Source of the DNA: Phoronis australis
Lineage: Eukaryota; Animalia; Phoronida
Direction of reading: 5' to 3'
Assembly: GCA_002633005.1 (NCBI GenBank)
Contig: NMRA01000004.1
Location: 687,846 to 751,845, forward strand
DNA: 64,000 bases
This document shows positions 38,101-51,900 of this stretch, in pieces (within the stretch, counting starts at the first letter, position 1; each line of letters begins with the position of its first letter). The notes under the pieces are model-generated. The model worked only from the letters and a program-made list of their open reading frames with translations. It did not search any database and was not told where the DNA came from. A program made the translations under genes and the position numbers.

Positions 38101-41100
38101 TGTTATTTCTTAAGACCAATGCCATGAAGTTTCAGGTCACAATGTGACCATGAATATTATGAGATTGGTCTGGTGAAATATTGCAATGTCTGTCCTTCAT
38201 GAGACCTGAGATCGTTCTTAAACTACGTAAGATACAAGATAAGTTGTGGCGTGAGTAAAAAGGAAGAGTTTGAAATCTAAAACCTTATCTTACATAACCC
38301 ATCATAACATTTGAAATGAGAATTTTGCTTGATATTTGTATTTAAAAATGCAACCTGAAAAAGGTAGGGAGTAACCAGCCCCCAGTGAGATTTGAACTCA
38401 CGACCCCTGGTTTACAAGACCAGTGCTCTAACCACTGAGCTATGGAGGCTATATGATGGCAGAATTTAATATCTTATCTCTTAACACCTGTGTGATGAAT
38501 ATCGGCTCTGATGTATTGATTCTGAGTATTATTAACTTACCAATCTTCACTTCCGCTTTAAGTATTGATCATTGTTACTATGACAGCAACAGCTGGGCAG
38601 ACATAAGTTGATCAAATCTGGGAGTGTTTACAAGATCAGTTTATTTGCGATTACAAATCTTATCACATGAGATGCCTTTGTAGCTCAGTGGTTAGAGCAC
38701 TGGTCTCGTAAACCAGGGGTCATGAGTTCAAATCTCATCAAGGGCTTTCATTTTTTCAAAAATGTGTACTAGTATTGTCAACTTATTGTTCAGACTAATT
38801 TCACCAATGCATAACTCAAAATGTATTGAAGTAGAATAAAATAGGTGTTGCCAAAGCAATGGCCTCAGAACCCCGTTTTCCACAGGGCTTGGAATTTTCC
38901 TCTTTTTTTGAATTTGATTTCCTCTTATTTGATTTTCAGTTTCCTCTTTGTGTCTCTTTTTTATTCATGCAAAAACGATCATTTCATTTAAATTTTACAA
39001 CACAAAAATATTTCTATCACACAAGCCTATTTATTTATGGAACAATACATCACCTGGAGAATTTCCTCTTTTTTGTCATTGATCATTCCAAGTCCTGCTT
39101 TCATCACAAAAAACAACTTTTGATTTAGACCTCTTTCTGTTATGAAACTTTTCGAAAATTGTTGATGCAACTTCTCAGCTTAGGAAGAACTAATAGTGTT
39201 ATTGCTTGAGACCTGGGTCTATAAGTTGTCTTATGTGTCATTTATTGCTTGATACCTGGGTCTATAAGTTGTCTTATGTGTCATTTTGTTCGCCAAGCTT
39301 GATCTCGAGCAGTGACCAACTGTCAGTTCTATGAAAGACCTAAAATCACTTCACATGTGAGTAAGGACGATGTCGAGACCAGTTTGTAGCGACATGTTGT
39401 CTCAATCAAAAGTTAGTTCTTTGACCTAACGGAGGGTTTTAGGTGCTTTAAAGGTTCTGTGACTGCAAAGTGCCAATGAAATAGTAGTTAACAATGGACT
39501 CTTAAGCCTAAGCTACCAGGTTCAAATCCTAGTAGACACATTCAAAGCAAATCTCAACATAAGGTAATATTACCATTTACCGACTCCAAATGATTGTCTG
39601 ATTTTTATTTTTAGAATGCAGACATCTGCAAATCATATAACACAAAGTTACGAGTATCTAATTGAATATTGATCATTCAATAATTTGATTGATTTTCATG
39701 GAAAACCCTGAGAATTTCACAAATCAATGAGATGGAAATGCTTTTGCTTTCCTATGAATATTAATTTTGTTTCCACACAGTTCATCATCCACATTTTGTT
39801 CCTTCCAGGCAACACTGAGTTTTGTATTGGAGTGCATTCCACTAGATCCAATTTTGGAAACCTTTTCTGGGCTTTGAAAATACTTTGTTTGGACTAAATT
39901 TGACAAACTGACCTGTGGAGGTGTCCACTTTTGTGCACCAAAGGCAATTACTGTTGTCAAGCTTGTGATAAAGTTTGTGCTTTATATTGTGGGTGTGGCT
40001 TTAATTTCAAAGATCCTTGAAATGTTCATAAGAAAGACCTGGGATAGCGCATTTCTGTATCATGTTCGGCATGTTGTGCAAAGACAGTTGCAATGTCAGA
40101 AGACCCTAATAGCATGACATGAACTTGGAAATACTGGAATGTGCAAAAAGCACATATGTGTTGTAAAGTTGTGGAATTAATATAGGAAGAGTAATGATTG
40201 ACGTCATGATGGCGTTTTTCCGTTCCGTGACTTTACCAGACGTAGAGGGTTGTGAGCCTGTGATAACATCTATCTTCTTTGTTAACTGCCAAGCACAGTC
40301 TTTTGTCTGGTATGACAACAAACAGGCCAATTATCTACCAGGCTTATTACAGACCACCTGTGAACACAGTCAAACCCAGAGCGAATAGGTACATTTGGAA
40401 AGCATAGATTGTCGTAACTTCGGTTGTAGTTGGGCAATTTTGGCAATTCAAAAACTAAACATGATCACCATTTGATGAGGATTTCAGAAATGCTATTGGT
40501 TTGTGTTCAAATAGGTTATAACTTAACTTTATTTTAGCAGCACAGCCTAGTCAGGGTAGACACGACCTTATTGGAGATTAGAGCAATTATCAAACTAAAG
40601 AGAGCTTACCCTCCAACCATAAATGCCAGAATGGAGTTAATCAGTCATGTAAGATATTGGCTACAGGGGTGTTCTTCCCAACTTGTTATTGGGCTACAGA
40701 ATCCAACAAGTTGGGAGCAACAGGAAAACACCGTAATGTGTTTTCATTTGTTCAAAGCTATTCTAACCCTGACAAGATTCATCTTTAGAAGTGGTGCATA
40801 GTAGTGTTGTGTCATTGCTTATTTTGTTTTCAGTATTACGGGTTCTTGTACAGTTACGTGATGCCTCAGGCAATCCGTGACAAAGTGGATGAGTATACAA
40901 ACTGTGAAGACATCGCTATGAATTTTCTCATTTCTCATATTACGAGGAAGCCGCCGATTAAGGTGAGTCATGTGAAAAGTCTTCAACCTTCAGATCAATA
41001 ACACACCTCGTGAAAAGTTTTTCACATGGTGCAAAGTTGTTCCAATGGTCGCCATGTGGTTCATAAACTGTAATGAATTTATACAGGTTTTGTTGATCTT

Positions 41101-42180
41101 GTAGATACAACATATTTTACTTTTTGTGGCCTGTAATTACAGTGTTTACAGTGTGTTTACAGTGTGTTTACAGTGTGTTTACAGTGTGTTTACTGATTTA
41201 CTGAGCTCTTCCAGGTTATTAACACTCTAAAGCATGTTTTACATTTATTGTATTTTTATGCTCTTTAAATAAAGTTTATTATTATTATTATTATTATTAT
41301 TATTCCAGGAGATTTGACCACATTGTTTTCTGTCACTACTTAAACTTAATAAATAATCAAGAATTGTTATATTTTGAACTTTTTGTGGAATGGTAATATT
41401 GAAAAGATTGAAGAGTGAATCTTGTCATATTGACTTACCCGAGTACCAGGCAATTGCTTATTAGTGTCATTTTAATGCGTAAAATACTCGACCCATTTCA
41501 AGAACAATACTGATTTCTATTGTTGTACCAGAATTACAGCTGATTTGCAGGTTTTCCAATTGAGTTGGGGAAGTGAAACAGAATCACCATCTCACTGCAT
41601 AACTTTGCATATAAGGTCAACAGTCTTTCTCGTGGAAAACCAGCATGAGGTTTTATGAATCTCAGGTGGACTGTCACTGTCTGCAGGTTAGCACCATGAT
41701 ATCAAGTGGGACAAAAATTCACCTTGCCTCTTGTCTCACAAAGAGTCTATTTCTCCAACGTGAGTGTAGGATTACTTTAGACTGAGTGACATAGTAGCTG
41801 GACATTGGCTTTTTGGAAAATGTTTTTTGATATGAATAGAAGCTTGCTTGGGAATTTCGCATCACGTTAAAATTGTCATGTTTCACTCAAAGGGGAATGT
41901 AAAATGTGGCCTATCGCCAGTGCTTAGTGAGAGTTTGAATTGTTTTCATAGATGTTCATCACCATTGTAGGTAACCTCGCGGTGGACATTCCACTGTCCT
42001 GGCTGTCAACAATCCTTGTTCACAGATGACTCGCACTTTCAGGAGCGACACCGGTGTATGAACTTCTTTGCCCGTGTCTATGGCTACATGCCACTGTTGA
42101 ACACTCAGTTCCGCGTTGACTCGGTGCTTTTCAAGACGAGAATATCTCATGATAAGCAGAAATGTTTTAGATATGTTTGA
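29131..42180 (+). CDS. EXTL3: Exostosin-like 3 glycosyltransferase (heparan sulfate initiation; GT47 + GT64 domains), 926 aa
   Basis: join(29131..31042,31373..31474,35088..35242,35569..35696,37281..37425,40834..40962,41971..42180). GT-AG introns, phases consistent. Type II TM anchor, coiled coil, exostosin domain, [76 protein letters not shown]...KQKCFRYV*. Confidence 0.97.
31822..32045 (+). pseudogene. THAP zinc-finger remnant (transposase N-terminus)
   Basis: [14 protein letters not shown]...[18 protein letters not shown]...[10 protein letters not shown]2CH pattern with the conserved Trp changed to a stop and His to Asp. Confidence 0.75.
32040..32228 (-). pseudogene. N-terminal remnant of a KolX / P2X7 C-terminal (ballast, Nanor-like) protein
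   Basis: [33 protein letters not shown] resembles the acidic tract + YxFEP start of that family; recognised from memory, not by search. Confidence 0.55.
33077..34879. repeat. ~900-bp tandem duplication (33077-33977 / 33979-34879) across a single N; probable assembly artefact
   Basis: Copies nearly identical with a few SNPs, joined exactly at N 33978. Confidence 0.85.
35954..36179. mobile_element. MITE (hAT-like CAG ends), family copy 1
   Basis: TIR CAGAGCTTGGAAT / ATTCCATGCTCTG, ACTAAA on both flanks, homologous to 38883-39097. Confidence 0.65.
38377..38449 (-). tRNA. tRNA-Thr(TGT)
   Basis: GCCTCCATAGCTCAGTGGTTAGAGCACTGGTCTTGTAAACCAGGGGTCGTGAGTTCAAATCTCACTGGGGGCT. 7-bp acceptor stem, A and B boxes, anticodon TGT, T5 terminator ~15 nt downstream. 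Confidence 0.95.
38674..38746 (+). tRNA. tRNA-Thr(CGT)
   Basis: GCCTTTGTAGCTCAGTGGTTAGAGCACTGGTCTCGTAAACCAGGGGTCATGAGTTCAAATCTCATCAAGGGCT. All stems pair, anticodon CGT, T6 terminator just downstream. Confidence 0.93.
38883..39097. mobile_element. MITE (hAT-like CAG ends), family copy 2
   Basis: TIR CAGGGCTTGGAAT / ATTCCAAGTCCTG, internal similarity to 35954-36179. Confidence 0.65.
41138..41303. repeat. Minisatellite (TACAGTGTGTT)n at ~41138-41192 and (ATT)n at ~41276-41303
   Basis: Direct inspection. Confidence 0.85.
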
Positions 42181-45100
42181 TATCGCCATCACGTTCATGA
42201 GGGGAGTCCAGGAGAGCATTCTATGGACATAGTTTCTTGCGAGACAAGCAAGATCTCGCAAAATCATGTGATTGAAAAGTGGGTGCTTCACCTGTGTGCT
42301 AGGGAGCTTACTGGCCTATCCCAGTGAAACAGTGTCCACTGAAGTAATTGGTTGGTGAGGTTGAGATGTTGTGGATTAAAATGTATGAATTAAGGGACTG
42401 AATTCACTGTTTTTGTTCAGGATTTTTGCTGCAATTGCAAATTGTCTTGCAGTCTAAGGAAGTAAACTTAGAGGAAATATGCAAAGGAAATGGCCAAGTT
42501 TAGTCACTAAGCTGCAGTCGTACCTTGTTTGATAGTGATGTAATTGAGGAGAAGGATGTTGGAAGAAATCATGAATATTCCTGCATATTGTCAGTCTAGT
42601 TTGCCTATTTGTTAAGTATAAGTTGTAAATTGTGTTCATCAGAGACTTTTCATAGCTTTTTCAGGAATTTTGAACCTATCCTTCATTGGAAAATATGATG
42701 GGATTAACTTAGAATACATTTTTGGAGTGATCATTTAACTGTGACATGTTATCTACCTCCATCTACATGAAGAAACATTTACACAAAGTTAATATTCAGT
42801 GAAGTGTAGTAGTGGAGGGCTCAACAAAAACTCTTTGTTCAAAATTGTGTGAAATATTGCAATACTGTTTCAATTAAGTCATTCTAATCCGTGAATTCTT
42901 TCACGTAAAATTAAGTAAAATTGCAAAGTTTGCTGTGTACTTTATGTTCTTTTTTTCTCTAATAGTTCTCAACTGTTGATGCAAAATTTAATTTTGTTAA
43001 AGTGTTATGCATATTTTTACATATTCAGTTATGTAACTTTGTAATATCCTTCGTTACGTAAATATTTTATGATGTGTGTGACAAGTTATCCGATACATTT
43101 CCAGGTTTGATAAAAGCCTGATAGAGACAAGGATGAAAAATGTGCGTGCAATGCCATATTGTTTCATTTGGTATTAAAGCAGTCAGTTGGGTGCAGTTAC
43201 AGTCCACACACTATTGAAGACATTCACCAAAGTTGTGCAAAATGGAAGCAATTTCTTGTCAAATGACATATTTTATATATTCAATGGATCGTAGCCAAGT
43301 GTATACCTTGTTACCGCACAATGAGATCAAGTAACCAGGGAATACCTCCATCAAAGTCCTAATCAGAGGTCTAAAAGTAGAGGGCTGGTCTAATCAAACA
43401 TTGTGAGTCACTTTTTCGTCAAGTTCATTCAATTTAAGTCAACGCACATTATAAAAAATTAATGTCATTCCACACAAAATGACCTGCCGAGGCTACAAAA
43501 ATGGTGTGCTGACTTTTTTGTCTTGCCCACGGGAAGAGTGCCCTGGGCTCTCTCCTAAATGCACCAATAGACAACTTTCATGAGTGCCTTTGATAGTGTA
43601 TTGACAGAAACGGCACCTTCGTGATGGACCTAATTTTTAAAATAAAACAAAATGCCCTTATTTGTGCATTTAAAAATAAAGGCACATTTTTTGTTCTTTA
43701 CTCCATTGTACTTTTATTAAACCTTCAAATGTGTTGCATCACCCTGTAGTTTCGATAGATATTAACATTTTTATCATTTGATGTATAGTATCATTCACTA
43801 GGCAATGTGATTTGTTTTACTACATGTAGCAAATATGGCAATCTAATAAGAGTTCATCAGGAATGCAGTAAATTTACGTACAGTAATATGCCAAAAGTAT
43901 TCAGACAAAGACCTGGAATTCCGTCACGAGGGCTGGGCAGAAGCCAAGTTTATCATCATAGTTTTCCTTCATGGCCCACAATGAATGGGCATTCACAGGT
44001 GGCTAAAGCATTCTGTAATTACAACAATTTTGTCCCTATACTACCTATTACAAATGACTTTTGCTGTTAACAGAATTAGCTGCTGTGATGTGGATGATGG
44101 TACTTTGCCAGGTTACTTTTGTCTTGTTCTGTTTACACATTTCTGATGTTATATTGTGCTTTCAACTGTTGAAACATCGAACTATTTGACTTACTGTAAC
44201 AGCATGGTGGTAGCATTTAGGATGCTATGCTATTTTCAACCTAATGAATGAAGAAAGGATACACAATGACACCCAAACCACAGGGACCACTTCAAACTTC
44301 CCTTAGCCTTAATAATTCAACTTTATATTGTGAAATGAAATATGGCTATTTCTTTATAGGTGCTATAAATAACTTATACTTTAAAGGTGCTCTGAACCTG
44401 GCTTCCATCAAAAACAATTGTTTGATAGTTATAAAAGTGGCTCTACCTTGTTCCATTTTCAGATTAGAGGTATCTGCGGGTTTGAGAAGAAACGACTCTT
44501 TGTTGTTGTTTTAGACCAAGGCCAACAATTTGTCGTGTCCAATTTGTCATTTTATGTGCACAGCAGGGCTCCAGCAGTAATGAACTGTCAGTTCTTTGCA
44601 AGCTCTAAAACCACTTTTGGAGACCAGTTTTATAGGGGTCATGGACATATTAGGATTAGGTTGTTTGGGGGGAGGGTGCACGTCATATAAATTTACCACA
44701 ACGTACGTTTTCTTCCCTCCAGTTGTGACCAGTCCCCATGTGGACAATGTATTTCTTCAGTGTTGTATTTCCTTTTAACATGGTGCACTTCTTGTTGACT
44801 GGCTTCTTTAATATCTTTCCCATGGTTTTCCTTTGTATGATGCTGTACCCGATTTTCCTAATTTTGCTCGAATTTTACATAACTTGCGTGAATTTAGGGG
44901 GCCGCAGTTGGGGGCAACTGTCGCCCGGCTTAATGTGCGTACTATAGTGATATGTGGTCTAATCAAAAGGTTAGTGTCTGTGACAGAATCTTGTTCTGGG
45001 GTAGCTTTAAACTTTAAGAAAAGTTAAAACTTTTCTTAAATTTCAAGAAATCTAGTTTTGCCAATCTCCCACCTGGTGCAGTGGCAATGCTGTTACAAAG

Positions 45101-46379
45101 CCTGTTTTGTTGGTTTAAGTATGTTCAGTGTAAGTTGTTAGTATCATCCAATGCAAAGCATCATGGAAAAAATTGGAGTGCATGCATTGGAGTGTATGAC
45201 ACAAAGGAGCTGTTATTCTGTGTGTACTTCAAAACCGTCACTGGTGTTTATACACAGCAAGGTGAAATCCATGACTTTCATAGGTGATATTTACATGCAT
45301 AAGCCTGAGGTGTATGAGGTATGGCATTTAATTTTTCGTCCAAAAGTCAAACCTTAACATAGGCCAAGGAGTATATTTGAAAATGGTGGATATGTAGGGT
45401 ACAGGTTTTTGGGAAGTTCCCAAGACGTTCTTGAGAATTCATGATACTGACATACGCTTGTGGTAAAGATTGTAATTACCATTCATTATGAAAATGGACA
45501 AAGTTTATCTGCCCAACCACCCACACTTTCCCGAAAATATGTGCCATGGGTGAATTTCAGAAAAATATCCTGTTCTTGGGTCTATTTGTCTGGGCTTATA
45601 TACGAAAATCTCCCGTTTGATATCATGCATTTTTGGTACTGTTTTTATTTTGTTACTGATGCCCAAATGTTTACTAGTGATCCCTGTGGTGTAGAGCAAG
45701 GAAGATGTCTGCTGTGAATAAGGTACACACGTGATGCTGTAGGGGTACACGATGCCCTCTTCATGATAAACATAGTTTATATTTTATACATGTAGAATTA
45801 GGTAGGTATGTGATTATTATTTATAATGCAGAATTTATTTTACTGTGATAGACAATTACTTTAGAAATATTGTTATTGAAAATGTGTATCAGGTCCTGTA
45901 ATGTTATCCTACTGGAGAATTACGGGAAAAATATAGGTCTGAATACTTATAAAGTACTGTTTTTAAAGGGACTTTTAATTGATTGTGCTTATGGAATTGT
46001 GTGCTGCAATTTCATTCGTGGAAAAGGGAATGTTTTGTGATATCCACATCCCTTAACAGTACAGCATTTAGTTACTCCTTTCAAACAGACGCACCATAGA
46101 GCTCTTTCGGAAACCCTTGGTAGGCATTACAATTAAAAATGGTATTGGTCTTCAATAATGTTGGGAAAAAACAGGCAGAAAATCTAAGGGTGTGCCTACT
46201 TCAATAAGCAGCATGTGATTGAACAGCATGGCCATAATCTGTCTGTGCTAGGGATCAATGTAGACGAGGTAATTCAATCTTAAATTGTAAAATACTTCAT
46301 TGCCAATCTTGCAAACAACAATTCCTTTTTCTTGACGTAAAATTTGCAGTAATTAATTTTTAAGTAGGACACCTTGATC

Positions 46380-47130
46380 GAAATTCATGGAATCTAATTT
46401 GAAAATATCTTATAACTGAACAGAGAATACCAATTTCATGAATACTAAGTGTAGTCCAAGTCGTAGAAACTGTCATAAGCTGCCTTTGCATTACGCCGAG
46501 GAAGCAATATATACGATAGCGGTGACGTGGTGTTTGGTGAATATGGGCAATCGTCCACATTTGCTAAACACCACATACTTTGAGCATGATTTAGCATTAC
46601 ACACACATGATAAAAAATTGATACGCACATTTTCGAACCAATTATATGCTTGGAAGCCCATATTTCGTTTCCTCGTAACATAGACTAAGGTGAATCCTTT
46701 TATCAAATATTTCGATGACTACACGCGGTTAAAACAATGACATTTTTCTTGGTATTTTATCCGCCGTAGTGGCAAACTTCGTAGTTTGGACTGACAAGTT
46801 CGCGGAGGTACACAATAATTTGGAGTGAACATAACACCAACGCATTTGTAACTGGAAACCACTTGTGCTCATCCATGTTTCTTCACGTCCTACGTAGCTC
46901 CTCATAATTTTCCAAATGACTCCCGTGTCAGAATACTGTGGCTTTGGTCTTCACTAAATTTACAAACATACTCCACTCCTAACAACATTTATCTAAAGCG
47001 ATCAAAAACCTTTATACTCTAAAGTGGTGAGTTAACACACAGGACCATGTCATCGACATATAACAACGCCTTCACATCAGTACATTGAAAGTTCCCAACA
47101 CATATCCTTTGCACATCACGCCAGTCTGGG
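46380..47130 (-). mobile_element. Degenerate non-LTR retrotransposon (LINE) reverse transcriptase fragment
   Basis: Minus-strand DVKALLYVDDMVL (YADD-type), EWSMFVNLVKTKATVF, VVSSYKCVGVMFTP and EIWA, with stops and frameshifts. Confidence 0.75.
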
Positions 47131-48941
47131 TGGTGTCGATTCTGAAACAAATGCAACTTAGATATAGTCAGAGCTGCAGTGTGAATTCAAATGATGATGT
47201 CTTTTAAGGATTTTAGTGACCTAGTTACGTTCCATATGTCGCTCGTATGTCAAGGTGTCCGATCCTTCATAATCTGTAAAATCCGAGGCAGGCGTTGTTA
47301 CTTCGCGTTTCTCCCGAAATAAAGGCTTCGTATTATCGCGTGACGAACTTCAGAATTCTCACAAACTTGTCTAAGTAGATGGAAGTATTCTTCATGGAGA
47401 AGTTGTGTATTTCAACAAAGTTACGGAACCAAATAAAGGCGGAAACGGAACAACGTTGCTTCTTTATGGGCACATATAATGTTTAGGAAACAGGCGAGAT
47501 TGTTGTGTGGATTCATTGCTTTCTGACAAATTTCTAGCAACAAACAAAATATACCATACAAGATCTAATCAGCCTCAGCACACTGACTATCACATCCCTA
47601 AAGTTTTGATTCCTGCGCATATGAAGAATACGTGTACAAGGCGGTCGGAAGAAGGGCTCGTTGCAAAGAAGAAAGGGACAGAAAGGTGTGTTAAAGGTGC
47701 ATGTAGCCTCCTTTCAGCTGACAATGTTGAATTCTAAACCGAAGAACCAGTGCAACATTAATTTATGGTCGACGTATGTCCCGAATAATAGATAAATGAT
47801 ACGTGAGTCGCAAGCTCGGTGCCAGTGATGAACTTTTTACCCCCGTGGAAAAATGACCCGGGGTCACTCGCCGCTGTTGAGAACGTGTCGGCCCGTTGAA
47901 GATGTGTCAGTGGGTAGGGTCATTTTTCAACGGTTTCGTTCACAGCAAACGATAAATAGAGGACAGACATTCCGTGACAATATGTGGTTTCGTAGTTAGC
48001 ACCATAGGCGGGCGCGGCTTAACGATTACTGGACCCCTAGGCTCAGTAGGCTGTGTTCAAGTTTGGGCCTCATTTTCCAAAGTCCTGCAGCATTCCCAAT
48101 GACTGGTTATACAATGACGTACCCTTGTCTGAAAAGGGTCACTTCTTAAGTGACAGTCTCATCACCGACCACCTGACGGGATGGCAGTCCTTTTTTCAGA
48201 CGAGATTGTGCATTCCGCTTGAGTTCAAGGCACGCTACTAAAAATCAAGGAGGCCCTCACCTCTAGAGTTTGTGTGACAAACTCGCTTCCTGCCAACTGC
48301 ATGGCCTGCTGTACCACAGGTTCTTGGGTATGTTTTTTTGCTTTTTTTTAGTCCTTGCTCAGCCGTCGCGTGTATATCGAACTTGCATAGACCTACCCAA
48401 AACCGCACGGGTTTGATTTAGGGCTACGACGAACTTGAGCGGTACTGGCGGTTCCAGGATTTCAAAAGAAGATACTCATAATTCAGACCCGTAAAAGGGG
48501 CGGGGAGTTTGGGGAATTCATTCGAACTCCCCAGCGTGGGGGAAAGGTCCACATTAACGTTAAGAGATCGTTGCAATACCCTTTAGCCTCATACTCAGAG
48601 CGTTCTAAAGTCAATTCCTAAAATTGTTATGAAGAACAGCACATAAATCTTATAGTATCTGAACTAGAAGTTTCATATGAGGTAGGCCTATAATGTTCCC
48701 GCGAAGTAGGCCTAAGGCAAAATTGGACACTTTATTTTCTAAGGCCCTATTCGTAACAATATTAGACTAAGGGAATTAACTTTTGCAAAAGGGTGATTTT
48801 TCAAAGATTGGAGCTCCAAAAGGCCCCCCCTCTTTAAAAATATGGGTATCTTTATTTTCCGTACGGTCATCGTCTAATTTTTGTTTCGATTGCCTATCGC
48901 AAGATGGCAGTATAAGCAAAAGACTATTGCTGGCGCGCAGT

Positions 48942-51900
48942 ATGGCTTCTGTCGAAAAATCCGAAATCAAACAGTTGCCAGGCCATAGAGAGGCCCTTCT
49001 CGAAGCGCACGAACTGGAGAAGTCAGGTGAGTAAAAGATTTGCACTTGAGGTCTTTGGAACTATTGCAAATTTACATTATGATCGGCTTGTCTTGAACTT
49101 GAATGATTTCTCACTGGCTGGGTCAGCTCGTATATGTGGAGGCCTAGAGAACCGATAGTTCCCGAATTATATCCCTGGCTCGAAATGGGCTGATCGTGTC
49201 AAGAGATCTGGTTTTGGCTTGGTCGTACGAATGGTGAATGAAAACTTTAACACAATAAGATACTGTAAGCTAGGCGTCTGTGTTGATTTCATGACATCGC
49301 ATCACACCTTTGAAACTCAAGATGAGTCGGGTCCTTGGGTGGCGGGGCAGTCACCGAGATATTCAACCATAGCGACACCTGGCGTGTTTAAGAAGTCCAG
49401 GCAGACACGTCGTGTAGCCGGGACGTGAGTATGAGTTAATGAATTTCACGTAACTAACGGATTTAAAGCAATGATATCCAGTCACGGCTTGACACCCGAA
49501 GCCGACTTTGCATTTTGCGGGATCTTATTTGTTTAAGTTCAAAAGCAATATGCCGTTAACCTGACGACCTGTACTTTTTGTCCATGATGCAGCAAATTAT
49601 TGGGGTGTCGGGCCTCCGCTTCCTGCGTCCCTGTATACCCAACAAAGTTTTTTCAACTTCCATTTGTTCCGTGAGAATGAAAAACTTACTTTTTAGTTTT
49701 TAATTTCTCATGTTATTTTACACCTCAATCAGCCCATGTCCGTTTCATGGGAGGCACCAGTTGAACTAAGACACCTGCTATCAAACTTAATGTAAAGTAC
49801 CGGTACAAAAGATTTTAGTAAGAATCTTGAAAATTTAGTTTCAGGCATTTCAGATTACCCACATTTTTGAACATGGAGAAGCCAACTTAACGTTGTTCGA
49901 CCACTGACAAAAAGGCGTTTCAGTTAATACCACAGTCTAGTATCATCTTTCTTCTCATTGTTTTTAGGGTTTAGAAGTGATTACTGTGCCAGCCTCGAGA
50001 CCTTTGAATTCCGTCAGCAAAATGCTCCGGATTTGTTCTACGGATATTACCGAGATGGAAAACTAATTGGCGTAGGTTGAACGCAATGAAAACGATAAAA
50101 TGTTGGTTAGTCACAGTCGAATTATCTGGTAACGTCTACTTGTTTGAAAACTAATTGTACATAAATTTACATGAAAGCTAAAACAAATGTAATTGGAGTA
50201 CTGCGTTTTCGTGTTGTGATGCCTATATACTGAAATGTACTTCAATCATATTTTACTTAAAATTGGTGGCATGTTTTCTCTAAATTATAACATGTTTGTC
50301 ATAATTCACATTCCACTTTGTTGGTAGTTAAATTCTTTAGTAAAGAAATTGTTCTTTAATCGAACTATTGACTCATTGTATAGTAAACAACTCTTGCCTC
50401 TTGTAAAATTTCATTTCGCGTTTTCTATTGTGCCCGTTTCAGTTGATTTGCGGCACGCGATTCCATGGCGACAAATACACTAAGGAGTCGTTATCCACAC
50501 ACAGCAATGACGGAGGTAAGATCTAAAACGTATTTAGTGTAAATTAAGTTTTTGATGATAATAGTTTTCAATTGTTTTGTGCATACATCAAATACGTGTG
50601 TGGAGTGAATGGTGAAATCCTAACCAAAGTTTTTGATAGTAGGTAGCAAGGGCGTATACTCGGAGAATGGCATTTGGGTACCCCAGATACGAACGCGGGC
50701 GTAACCTTGGAAACAATGAACCACTAAGAAACGGAGGGTCATTATGTGTAGTTCAAGGAGTTTATAACACCAACAGTAAATTAATTTTATTTTATAGATA
50801 AGGAAAAAGGGTGTCATAAATCGTCTTGTTTCTCATAAAACCTCGTTTATGTTTAAAGCACAGACACTGTTCATTTTTAAAAACAATGCCAGTCGTATAA
50901 AATTTCAGGAGTTGCTCCTAAAGTAGGCCCAGGGGCTATATTCATGCGAAAATTTTCCGAATATATCTCAATGGTCCTATGTCTGGCGGGAAGGTTAAGC
51001 GCGGAAATTCCCGTTAATCCCGTTTGCTCTGTCCGGCTACTCTTGACTCTGCGCGATGAATTGAAAAAATCCCGTTACATACCTCATGCCTGATGAATGT
51101 CGTTTTCATGTTACAGAATCCCTTGGAATACATTCCGTGTGTGTTGAGGAGAAATTCAGGAGGCAGGTATGTCGCACCGAATTGGGAATGTTTTCAATCG
51201 GATGGAGATATATTTCACGGAGTTGCTATAATAGGGAAATGCAAAGAAAAAAGTGTGACAAAAATTGCAGGTTGTGCAATTTCTATTGTATCAAGATAAT
51301 GTACACAACTTTTGTCACCACGTTTGAATAGCTATTCTTGTGGCTGTCGCTAAATCTGAAGCCTTCGTTTACGCATGTTTATGTAACTGCTGGCTGGCAC
51401 GGATCCAAGATTCTAATCAAGAGTTCAGCAACCGAAATACACAAGGACCTCTCACGGTCCACGCATTGCTTGCTGGGTGCTAATGCTTTTTTGATGAATT
51501 TGATTTCCAGGGCATTGCGACAGCGTTAATGCAGACGCTCATTCAAAAGGTCCGAGAAAATTTTCGGGGAGTGAAAACAATTTTGCTGATCTGCGAAGAG
51601 GGACTGATACCTCTTTACACAAAGAATGGATTTACGAATACAGGAAAATCGACGATTGATTACGGTAAGCATTACTCAAGTTACGGTAGTGATGACAGTA
51701 ATAAGCACCTACGTATACATCTATATGTGCACATGTATATTTACATGTACGTGTATATTTACCGAACTGAGTGAAAGACAGTCTTACATCCAGTATCCAT
51801 GGAAAATCCGGAGACTTCGTTTATTACTACTTTAAGCTAAATGCTACAACTTGTACCAGACGTTGTGGAAGTTCTCCATACCTAAAAATCGAAACCACAG

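Noticed and set aside
38490-38526. C/D box-like motifs (GTGATGA...CTGA) between the tRNAs
   Set aside because: Only ~35 nt apart with no terminal stem; too short for a snoRNA
39199-39285. Short tandem duplications (also 12071-12113, 16432-16470, 16839-16897)
   Set aside because: Ordinary two-copy slippage duplications in introns with no further structure
39460-39540. tRNA-like segment with B box GGTTCAAATCC
   Set aside because: No convincing acceptor or D stem; at most a decayed tRNA or SINE head
50069-50076. Possible GC-AG donor in the AANAT-like gene
   Set aside because: The canonical GGC|gtaggt donor gives the phase 0 required by the next exon
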